Assembly: GCA_903932155.1 (NCBI GenBank) | Contig: CAIZFH010000285.1 | Coordinates: forward strand, 1,351-65,350 | Length of the DNA: 64,000 bases | Reading direction: 5' to 3' | From: an uncultured Granulicella sp. | GTDB taxonomy: Bacteria; Acidobacteriota; Terriglobia; Terriglobales; Acidobacteriaceae | In this document: one piece after another, positions 54,801 to 63,025 of the stretch | How the letters are laid out: each line of letters begins with the position of its first letter | Numbering within the stretch: position 1 is the stretch's first letter | Program-made: the position numbers and the translations under genes | The notes under the pieces: model-generated | The model's input: the letters and a program-made list of their open reading frames with translations, nothing else | Told to the model about the DNA's origin: nothing | Database searches by the model: none

Positions 54801-55217
54801 ATGAAGAGTCATACCGAGTACCTGGTCTTTGAGACGAAAAAGCATAGGGAAATGGTCCATATTACCGACGAAGTGGAGCGGATTGTGGAACGCAGCGGTG
54901 TGCGGGACGGCTTGTGCTTTGTATCGCCGATGCACATTACGGCGGCGGTGTATGTGAACGACCTCGAGAACGGATTGATCGAGGACATCGGGAAGTGGCT
55001 GGAGGAGTTGGCGCCTGCGCGACTGGAGTACAAGCACCACAGGACTGGCGAAGACAACGCAGATGCGCACCTGAAGTCGCTGTTGCTGCATCACGAGACA
55101 ACCATGCCGGTGACCAATGGCCGACTGGACCTGGGCACATGGCAGCGCGTCTTCTATGCCGAGTTCGACGGCCAGCGCCGCAAACGCGTAATTGTCAAGG
55201 TACTGGGCGTGGAGTAA
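54801..55217 (+). CDS. yjbQ: YjbQ/UPF0047 family (secondary thiamine-phosphate synthase-like)
   Basis: [24 protein letters not shown] and [18 protein letters not shown] motifs. Start ATG 54801. Confidence 0.85.
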   Translation: MKSHTEYLVFETKKHREMVHITDEVERIVERSGVRDGLCFVSPMHITAAVYVNDLENGLIEDIGKWLEELAPARLEYKHHRTGEDNADAHLKSLLLHHETTMPVTNGRLDLGTWQRVFYAEFDGQRRKRVIVKVLGVE

Positions 55218-55412
55218 GTGGTGGAACGTACAGATTCCGTGATGCTTGAACTAACCCCCGTATGTAGAAGCGGCATCCGAACATTTACGTCTCCAAATCG
55301 AGACATAACGTGCCTGGATTCGCGATTCATTACAGGCATCTGCTCACATTTGACGCGATAGTACAGCGAGTCTACGCTTTGGGTGGAGTGGAAATTAGAT
55401 CGGGAATTCAGG

Positions 55413-56555
55413 ATGAGAGAAACCTTGATTGACAGCATGAAGCATCATAATTCCGCCGCGGAAACGAGGCGTCATCTCTTCTATGAAACCTCGCATTCAC
55501 CGGCCCTTGCAGACCTGGTAGGGTACGAAAAAGCCAGGGATATCGTTGACTTCTGTTTCATAGCCAACCCCTATTACCCAACCCGCGAGATGTTGGAGGA
55601 CATGCAGAATAGCCTGCCCAACCTGATCAAATCCTACCCTTCTAGCAATCCGATACTGAGCCAGAATAATCTGGCGGCGGTCCTGCATGTCGATCCAGAA
55701 AGGCTGATCATCGGCAACGGAGCGACAGAACTGATCGCCCTGATGGATATGACTTTAATTGACCGTATTGGAATACCTATTCCCACATTCGGCGAGTACA
55801 TCGAAAAAATGAAGGACATGCGGAACGCCGAATTGTACTCGCTCGATCCGGGTCAACGGTACAAACTGCATCTAGATGACTATCTAGCCTGGGCACAGGC
55901 GCGAAAGCTGGCATGTCTGCTGGTAATCAATCCGGGTAATCCGACGGGGCAATTCATTCCGTTCGAAGAAATGGTGGAGTTTCTGCAGCAGGCTCGCGAT
56001 CTGGAACTCGTAATCGTTGACGAATCATTTATCGATTTTGCAGGCGACCCTGTTCCGAGTTTGCTTCCGATTGCCGACCAATTTACGAATCTGCTGATTG
56101 TTCGCAGCATGAGCAAGCATTGCGGCGTTCCTGGATTGCGCCTGGGTTACTGCTATAGCGCCAATCTGTATATTCTTAACCGCTTGCGCCGTTTCGTGCC
56201 CACCTGGAATTTAAATACTTTGGCGCAGTATTTTCTTTCTCTTCTTCTCGACTCCGATGACGTCTATCACCAGTGCCGTAAGAGGTTGATAGGGGACGTC
56301 AGTTGTCTATACGAAGCTCTGCTTACAATCCCTGGCTTGGACGTCTATCCTACCGGCGCAAACTTCGTGCTCTTCAAAATCAAAAATGGAATGACTGCTA
56401 CAGAACTCCAAACACGACTGCTGGTCGAGAACGAAATGTATGTACGCGACTGCTCGAATAAGCTTGGCATGGACATGTCACATATCCGCGTTGCATCACA
56501 GGGCCGCGAGAAGGATGCCCGCCTGGTGGAAGCGCTGCGGAGTATCTTCCTATGA
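55413..56555 (+). CDS. class I/II PLP-dependent enzyme (HisC/CobD-like aminotransferase or decarboxylase fold)
   Basis: NPGNPTG and SMSKHCGVPGLRLGY (PLP lysine). Low GC (~48%). Start uncertain (GTG 55383, ATG 55413, ATG 55437). Confidence 0.8.
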   Translation: MRETLIDSMKHHNSAAETRRHLFYETSHSPALADLVGYEKARDIVDFCFIANPYYPTREMLEDMQNSLPNLIKSYPSSNPILSQNNLAAVLHVDPERLIIGNGATELIALMDMTLIDRIGIPIPTFGEYIEKMKDMRNAELYSLDPGQRYKLHLDDYLAWAQARKLACLLVINPGNPTGQFIPFEEMVEFLQQARDLELVIVDESFIDFAGDPVPSLLPIADQFTNLLIVRSMSKHCGVPGLRLGYCYSANLYILNRLRRFVPTWNLNTLAQYFLSLLLDSDDVYHQCRKRLIGDVSCLYEALLTIPGLDVYPTGANFVLFKIKNGMTATELQTRLLVENEMYVRDCSNKLGMDMSHIRVASQGREKDARLVEALRSIFL

Positions 56556-57286
56556 AGCGCCCCATCGTTGTTGTCTGCTCCCGTCAAACAACTCGGAAAA
56601 ACAAACTCATCGATTACGTCGGCGAGTTGCATCTAGAGCTTCTAATCAATTTTCATACTCTGCCAGTTATTGTCCCCGTCGTAGCTGGCACTCCTGATTG
56701 CCTGCCCCAATACATGGAGTCCATGAACGGGCTCTTGCTAGTGGAAGGAGATGACGTTGAACCGAAACGATATGCGGCTCGGAAAACCAACTTTCAGTAT
56801 CTTGAAAAGACGCATCCCCTGAAAGACGAAATTGAGATATGCCTGCTACACCATGCATTACTTCGTAAGATCCCCGTTCTGGGAATATGTCGCGGATCGC
56901 AATTGTTGAATGTGGTATGCGGCGGTACGCTATTCGGCGATGTACAAAAGGAAACAGGCTCGAATCGTCCACATATCGACTATCAGAATTACGACACGTA
57001 CAGGCATCCCGCTTATGTAGTTCCCGGCACGCCGCTGGCACGCTGGTATCGCAGGAAAACACTGTCTGTGAACAGCTATCACCATCAGGGAATTCGCAAG
57101 TTGGCGGATCGCTTCCGTCCTATGGCGTATGCAGATGACGGTTTGATCGAAGCCTATCATGATCCTGAATCTGCCTTCCTGGTAGGACTTCAATTTCATC
57201 CCGAACGCATGTTGAACGAATATGCTGGGAATTTGAAGGTGTGGAAGGCTTTCACCTCTGCGGTGCATAACACTCAAAAGCTATAG
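56552..57286 (+). CDS. class I glutamine amidotransferase-like hydrolase, peptidase C26 / PuuD (gamma-glutamyl-GABA hydrolase) family
   Basis: GICRGSQLLNV (Cys nucleophile), NSYHHQGI, GLQFHPE. ATGA overlap with the upstream PLP gene. Low GC. Confidence 0.8.
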   Translation: MKRPIVVVCSRQTTRKNKLIDYVGELHLELLINFHTLPVIVPVVAGTPDCLPQYMESMNGLLLVEGDDVEPKRYAARKTNFQYLEKTHPLKDEIEICLLHHALLRKIPVLGICRGSQLLNVVCGGTLFGDVQKETGSNRPHIDYQNYDTYRHPAYVVPGTPLARWYRRKTLSVNSYHHQGIRKLADRFRPMAYADDGLIEAYHDPESAFLVGLQFHPERMLNEYAGNLKVWKAFTSAVHNTQKL

Positions 57287-57304
57287 TCGCTCGCGTGACC
57301 GCTC

Positions 57305-59311
57305 TTACCGCGTCGCCGTTGCCTCGTCCTTGTAGAACTCGGCGATCTCAGCGGCGTATTTCTTCTCCACCACGCGGCGCTTCAGCTTCATGCTGGGGGT
57401 GAGTTCGTCGGTCTCCACGGTCCACTCATCGGGAACCACAGCAATGCGTTTGATCGTCTCATAGGGTGCCAGCGTTGCATTCAGCTCATCGACGATGCGC
57501 TGGTAGCGCGCCACCACTTGCGGCACCTGCACCAGCGCCTTGCGATCGCCTGCAGGGTAGACGACGCCCTTCACCCGCGCCCAGTTCTCAAGGATGGCGA
57601 AGTTGGGCGATATAAGCGCGCAGGCGAACTTGTGCTTATCGCCGACCAGCGCGGCGTTGCCCACCAACATGTGGGCCTTCAGTTTGTTCTCGATCGGCTG
57701 CGGAGCAATCATCTTGCCGCCGCTGGTCTTCAGCATCTCCTTCTTGCGGTCGGTGATGGAGAGGAAGCCGTCGGCGTCGATGTGACCAATGTCTCCGGTG
57801 CGAAACCACCCATCCACTGTGAAGGCATGCGCCGTCTCCTCTGGCTTGTTCCAGTAGCCGCGGAAGACCGAAGGTCCGCGCACCTCCAGTTCGCCGTCCG
57901 GCGCGAAGCGCACCTCGACATTCTGTAGCACCGGCCCCACCGTTCCGATGCGATAGCGCAGCGGATCATCCACCGCAATCAGCGGCGAGGTCTCGGTGAG
58001 TCCATAGCCCTCGAAGATGCGAATCCCCACGTCGGCGAACCAACCTGCCGTATCCATTCCCAGCGGCGCGCCACCCGAGACGAAGAACTTCACCTTCCCG
58101 CCAAACGCCGCGCGAATCTTGGAGAAGACCAGCTTGTCTGCTATATATTGCGACCATTCTTTTACAGCAGCATAGACCGTATAAGACAACAAGCCTGCCA
58201 GACAGAAGATAAAAACAAGCGAGACCGTAAGGGTCAAGCGGTCGTGCTGCCCTGTTTTAATGCTCCTGAAAATATTGAACAACCAGAAAAACAGGAATAG
58301 TCCCCATAGAAGACGACCAACCCTGTGTAGATTTATCCATCGTGAAGATCGCTTCCCTGCCATCGTCTCGTCTCGATGACTTCGCCCAACGCGGAGCGCC
58401 CAGTTAAGAATAATTTTCTTTGCACCGTGCGACTTGCCCTCGATGCTCTGGCGGATCTTCTCATAGACACGTGGCACGGCCACCAGCAGCGTGGGCCGCA
58501 CCTGCTTCATCGCCGTGGCAATCTGGTCGAACTTAGGACAGTAGGCCAGTGTCACGCGCTCGTTCATCAGCGCGTAGTCCAAGTGGCGCGCCGTGACATG
58601 GGAGAGCGGAAGAAACGAGATGCAGCTATCCTCCTCGGTAAAGCCAAAGGGCCGCGTCGACAAGGTGAAATTGCTTGCCAGGTTGCCGTGGGTCAACATG
58701 ACGCCCTTGGGCTCGCCAGTGGTGCCAGAGGTGTAGATGATGGTTGCCAGATCCTCTGGTTGCACAGAGCGCGCCCGCGCGTCGAAATCCTCGTCACGCG
58801 CCTGCATTGTCTCCGCATTTTTCATCAATTCTGTAAAACTCTCTACCGGGAAAGGATATCCCGCGCCTTGATTGTGAGAGGTTGGTTCATTCATCACCAC
58901 CACGCGTTCAAGCGCTGGCAACTCGCCCGCCTCGCGCAGCTTCTCCACCTGCTCCCACGACGAGACCACGGCAACCTTCGCGCCGGAGTCGCGCAACATG
59001 TACCCCACTTGTTCCGGAGTCAGCGTCATGTAGAGCGGCACATCGACCGCGCCCAGCGCCAGCACGGCGAAGTCCGTCACCGGCCACTCCCAGCGGTTCT
59101 CGCTGACGAGCGCCACGCGATCGCCCTTAGCTACTCCCCATGCCTCCAACCGCGCCGCCAGCGCGCGCACCCGGCCATAAGCCAGCGCCGCCGTAATCGG
59201 CTTCCATTCGCCATCCACCCCCACGCTCGCGTCCAACCACCGCCAGACCACCTTGTCGCCACGTCCGCTCACCTTCAGAAACGCGTCGTTGATCGTCCTG
59301 ACATCCTGCAT
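57305..59311 (-). CDS. long-chain fatty-acid--CoA ligase (AMP-forming, FAA1/COG1022-like) with an internal two-helix hydrophobic insertion
   Basis: IIYTSGTTGEPKGVMLTH, GYGLTETS, WFRTGDIG, and a C-terminal TPSMKLKRR. Start ATG 59311. Confidence 0.85.
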   Translation of the reverse strand: MQDVRTINDAFLKVSGRGDKVVWRWLDASVGVDGEWKPITAALAYGRVRALAARLEAWGVAKGDRVALVSENRWEWPVTDFAVLALGAVDVPLYMTLTPEQVGYMLRDSGAKVAVVSSWEQVEKLREAGELPALERVVVMNEPTSHNQGAGYPFPVESFTELMKNAETMQARDEDFDARARSVQPEDLATIIYTSGTTGEPKGVMLTHGNLASNFTLSTRPFGFTEEDSCISFLPLSHVTARHLDYALMNERVTLAYCPKFDQIATAMKQVRPTLLVAVPRVYEKIRQSIEGKSHGAKKIILNWALRVGRSHRDETMAGKRSSRWINLHRVGRLLWGLFLFFWLFNIFRSIKTGQHDRLTLTVSLVFIFCLAGLLSYTVYAAVKEWSQYIADKLVFSKIRAAFGGKVKFFVSGGAPLGMDTAGWFADVGIRIFEGYGLTETSPLIAVDDPLRYRIGTVGPVLQNVEVRFAPDGELEVRGPSVFRGYWNKPEETAHAFTVDGWFRTGDIGHIDADGFLSITDRKKEMLKTSGGKMIAPQPIENKLKAHMLVGNAALVGDKHKFACALISPNFAILENWARVKGVVYPAGDRKALVQVPQVVARYQRIVDELNATLAPYETIKRIAVVPDEWTVETDELTPSMKLKRRVVEKKYAAEIAEFYKDEATATR

Positions 59312-59377
59312 GCAAAGCCCTCCAATCACTGCCCGGAAATGGCCCCATCCAGCCTACGCCGGCTAAATGCAAACGAA

Positions 59378-60775
59378 CTAGCAGCGAACGATCTTCTCGG
59401 ACGCGATACCCTTGGTGGCATTGCGCGTGTCTACAACCAGTCGCGACTGTTTCACAATTGCCGCGTAGTCGTAGTCGGAGTGGTCGGTCATAATCAGCAC
59501 GCAGTCGTACTGCTGTAGGTCAATCAGCGGCGTGGACGTCATATTCAGGTTGTAGTGGCGGCCCCGGCCCACCGTAGGGAAGTAGGGATCGTTGTATGCC
59601 ACCTCGGCCCCGTGCTCGCGCAGCAGTTCGATCACAGTTAACGAGGGCGACTCGCGCAGGTCGTCAATGTCTTTCTTGTAGGCCATGCCCAGCATCAGGA
59701 TATGCGCGCCGTTCATCGACTTTTTGTGTCCGTTCAGTGCCATGGCAACATACTGCACTACATGCGCGGGCATCGCCTCATTTACCTCTCCGGCCAGTTC
59801 GATGAAGCGAGTGTTGAAGTCGTATTCGCGGGCCTTCCAACTGAGATAGAACGGGTCAATAGGGATGCAGTGCCCGCCCAGGCCCGGCCCCGGATAGAAG
59901 GGCTGAAACCCGAATGGTTTGGTGGAAGCCGCGTCGATCACCTCCCAGATGTCCACGCCCATGCGCAGCGAGAGCAACTTAAGTTCGTTGACCAGCGCTA
60001 TGTTGACGCAGCGGTAGATGTTCTCCAGAAGCTTGGTCATCTCCGCCACACGGGTGGAAGAGACGCGTACCGCGCGGGTAAATATACCCTCGTAGAGGGT
60101 TGCCGCAAGCTCGGTGGCGATGGCCTCGTGCCCGCCCACCACCTTGGGAATGTCGCGCCGCGCCACGGTGACATTGCCGGGATCTTCGCGCTCCGGGGAA
60201 AATGCCACATAGAAGACGCCGCGTTCTGCCGCGGCTTCCCTGCCCTGTACCTTCAATCCCTGCGAGCTGCCCACCTCCAGCACGGGAATCAACAGCTCCT
60301 CGGTCGTCCCCGGATAGGTTGTGCTCTCCAGCACCACTAACTGACCTTCACGAATCCATGGCGCTACAGCCTTGGCAGTATTCTCCACAAAGCTCAGGTC
60401 CGGCTCACGATGCTCGGTCAAAGGCGTAGGAACGCAGAGAATAATGGCGTCCTGGTCCGACAGGCAGGCAAAATCCGTAGTAGCAGAAAAACCCTGTTGC
60501 CGTGCAGTCGCGATCTCTGTCGGCAGAATACGTAGGATGTAGGATCGGCCAGCTTCCAGGTCGTCCACTTTTTTTGTGTCATTGTCGAAACCCGTCACTT
60601 TAAATCCGGCCTCGGAGAAGAGCAGTGAGAGAGGCAACCCAACATATCCCAGTCCGATGACACCAATCCGGGCGGTGCGTGCCCGGAGTCGATCAAGACG
60701 TTTCTGGGCGATCAGCGGCAGGACAACTTGGTTTGATTTTGGCTGGCTGGTCTTAGGCAGGTTGGGATTCGGCAT
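59378..60775 (-). CDS. nucleotide-sugar 6-dehydrogenase (UDP-GlcNAc/ManNAc dehydrogenase, WbpA/WecC/TviB-like)
   Basis: IGVIGLGYVGLPLS Rossmann motif and GPGLGGHCIPIDP catalytic Cys. Start ATG 60775. Confidence 0.85.
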   Translation of the reverse strand: MPNPNLPKTSQPKSNQVVLPLIAQKRLDRLRARTARIGVIGLGYVGLPLSLLFSEAGFKVTGFDNDTKKVDDLEAGRSYILRILPTEIATARQQGFSATTDFACLSDQDAIILCVPTPLTEHREPDLSFVENTAKAVAPWIREGQLVVLESTTYPGTTEELLIPVLEVGSSQGLKVQGREAAAERGVFYVAFSPEREDPGNVTVARRDIPKVVGGHEAIATELAATLYEGIFTRAVRVSSTRVAEMTKLLENIYRCVNIALVNELKLLSLRMGVDIWEVIDAASTKPFGFQPFYPGPGLGGHCIPIDPFYLSWKAREYDFNTRFIELAGEVNEAMPAHVVQYVAMALNGHKKSMNGAHILMLGMAYKKDIDDLRESPSLTVIELLREHGAEVAYNDPYFPTVGRGRHYNLNMTSTPLIDLQQYDCVLIMTDHSDYDYAAIVKQSRLVVDTRNATKGIASEKIVRC

Positions 60776-60893
60776 GATCCCGATTATCGCATTCAGTCCC
60801 ATACAAGGAGCGCAATTTCATGTACTCGTACAACCATTCGCACTATCCGGCGACGAATATCCTATAAAATTCGACCAGCCGAATAGAAGGACC

Positions 60894-61943
60894 ATGCCGC
60901 CACCTGCGCAGAAATACATCTCCGTGAACCTTGATCTGCTGCGCTCAGTCGCGGTGATGGCGGTCTTCTTCGCTCATCTAAGCGGTGCCATGCATAATCG
61001 CAACTGGGGCAGCCTTGGACGGTTTGGCGTCATTCTCTTCTTCGTACACACAAGTTTCGTCCTGATGGCCTCGCTGGAACGACTGGACAAGCCGGATGAG
61101 AGCGCCCGCTCGCTGGCGCTGGCCTTCTGGATTCGCAGGTTCTTCCGCATCTACCCGCTTTCCGTGCTGTTTGTGCTTCTCGTACCGATCTTCCACATCC
61201 CATCCGATCCGGGGCTGACCTATTCGTGGATCGGCATCAAGGATTTCTTCTCCAACCTTGCGCTGACCCAGAACCTGACCTATAGCAACGACATTCTGAG
61301 CCCTCTGTGGAGCCTGCCGCTGGAGGTGCAGATGTACCTCCTGCTTCCCTTCGCGTACCTTGCAATCCGCGGCAACCGGCGCTTCCGTTCGCTCGCCTTA
61401 TGGGGCCTCTCGGTGGTATTGGCGCTTACTATGCCGCACATCTCGGAGCGGCTCGATGTTTTTCTCTACGCTCCATGCTTTACCTCGGGCATCGTCGCCT
61501 ATGATCTGATTCGCAGCCAACGCTGGAACTGGAAGCTGCCGGCATGGGTGTGGCCTATCGGCATCTTCGCCATGATCGCCCTGTTTGGCCCGCACGACAA
61601 TATCAACCTGCCCACTAAGATCGTCCGGGCGTGGGTGCTGTCGTTATTGCTGGCCCTACTCTACGCAAACGTTCGCGAGGGCCGGCCCAATTGGATACAT
61701 CACATTTTTCACTGGATTGCCGAGCACTCCTACGGAATCTACCTTAGTCATATTGTTGTGTTCTGGATCGTCTTTTACCGGATGGCTTTGTTTCCACAGT
61801 ATGTGCGATACGCAGCCCTGTTGATTGGCGCAATGGGCATTCCGGCCCTACTGTATGTGTCCCTGGAAAAGCCGCTGATCCTGGCAGGTGCCCACGTTGC
61901 CAGACGCTTGCTGCGACGCTCCGCGGAGAGCAATTCTCACTAG
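60894..61943 (+). CDS. acyltransferase family 3 (polysaccharide O-acyltransferase) membrane protein
   Basis: Start ATG 60894 (AGAAGGA upstream); the track extension is antisense to the dehydrogenase. LDLLRSVAVMAVFFAHL and FFVHTSFVL motifs; about 10 TM helices. Confidence 0.8.
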   Translation: MPPPAQKYISVNLDLLRSVAVMAVFFAHLSGAMHNRNWGSLGRFGVILFFVHTSFVLMASLERLDKPDESARSLALAFWIRRFFRIYPLSVLFVLLVPIFHIPSDPGLTYSWIGIKDFFSNLALTQNLTYSNDILSPLWSLPLEVQMYLLLPFAYLAIRGNRRFRSLALWGLSVVLALTMPHISERLDVFLYAPCFTSGIVAYDLIRSQRWNWKLPAWVWPIGIFAMIALFGPHDNINLPTKIVRAWVLSLLLALLYANVREGRPNWIHHIFHWIAEHSYGIYLSHIVVFWIVFYRMALFPQYVRYAALLIGAMGIPALLYVSLEKPLILAGAHVARRLLRRSAESNSH

Positions 61944-62035
61944 CCGATGTAGGCGGGGCCGAACATCCGCGTTGTATATCTGGATTCGCTATACGATGGG
62001 ACGGCATGCATGCGGAGTATTCTGAGTGGGCATCC

Positions 62036-63001
62036 ATGTCACGCTACCTGATCACAGGAATCGCAGGATTTATCGGCTCAACCCTGGCCCATACGCTGGT
62101 GGAACAGGGGCACGAAGTGCGCGGCATCGACAACCTGAGCACCGGCAATCTGGACAACCTGTCCGGCCTTGGAAATCGAATCGACTTCCGCCAGGTCGAC
62201 CTACAGGACGTCGCTGGGATGCAGTCCGCATGCGAGGGCATGGAATTCATCCTGCACCAGGCAGCGCTGGCCAGCGTTCCCCGCTCGGTGAAGGACCCGC
62301 TTTCGTCCCACCAGTCGAACCTTAACGGCACGCTGACCCTGCTGATCGCTGCGCGCGACGCAGGTGTGCGACGCATCGTTTATGCAGCGTCGTCATCGGC
62401 CTATGGAGACCAGCCCACCCAGCCCAAACATGAGGAGATGCCGCCGCTTCCCCTCTCGCCCTATGCAGTGCAGAAGTTGGCGTGCGAATACTATCTACAG
62501 GCCTTCTACCGAAGTTATGGGCTGGAGGCAGTTTGCCTTCGCTACTTCAACATCTACGGCCCGCGTCAGGCAGCCGACTCGCCATACTCCGGCGTCATCG
62601 CCAAATTCACAACCTCGATGATGGCTGGCGAGACGCCGACCATCTTTGGGGACGGCATGACAAGCCGCGACTTTACCTACATAGATAACGCAGTCAGCGC
62701 CAACCTTTTGGCATGCCAGGCACCAAGTTCCGTGGCCACCGGTCGAGTTTTTAATATTGGCACGGGAGAGAGCCACACGCTCAACGAGGTGTACGCGGCC
62801 ATCGCTAGCGTACTCGGTTTCAGCGGCAAGCCTATTTATGGATTTCCCCGCGCCGGCGATATCCGTCACTCGCTAGCCGATATTAGCCGCGCAACCAAAG
62901 AGCTTGACTACCAGCCCATGGTTCACTTTCGCAATGGTCTGCAGAAGACTGTGGCCTGGTACGTGTCCGAGAAAGAGAAAAAAGAAGCCGCGGCTCTATA
63001 A
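62036..63001 (+). CDS. NAD-dependent UDP-GlcNAc/UDP-GlcNAcA 4-epimerase (WbpP/TviC-like SDR)
   Basis: ITGIAGFIGS, HQAALASVPRS, YAASSSAYGD, SPYAVQK and GDIRHSLADIS are colinear with WbpP (recalled). Confidence 0.85.
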   Translation: MSRYLITGIAGFIGSTLAHTLVEQGHEVRGIDNLSTGNLDNLSGLGNRIDFRQVDLQDVAGMQSACEGMEFILHQAALASVPRSVKDPLSSHQSNLNGTLTLLIAARDAGVRRIVYAASSSAYGDQPTQPKHEEMPPLPLSPYAVQKLACEYYLQAFYRSYGLEAVCLRYFNIYGPRQAADSPYSGVIAKFTTSMMAGETPTIFGDGMTSRDFTYIDNAVSANLLACQAPSSVATGRVFNIGTGESHTLNEVYAAIASVLGFSGKPIYGFPRAGDIRHSLADISRATKELDYQPMVHFRNGLQKTVAWYVSEKEKKEAAAL

Positions 63002-63025
63002 CGTAATAGCGTCGCGTCCCTGTCG

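Noticed and set aside
58376-59518. 380-aa plus-strand ORF
   Set aside because: It is antisense to the acyl-CoA synthetase and has a shadow-ORF composition. The same reasoning applies to 4663-5547(-), 8730-9524(-), 37612-38361(+), 46046-46753(+), 51089-51853(-), 63155-63856(+) and other long antisense ORFs in the track.
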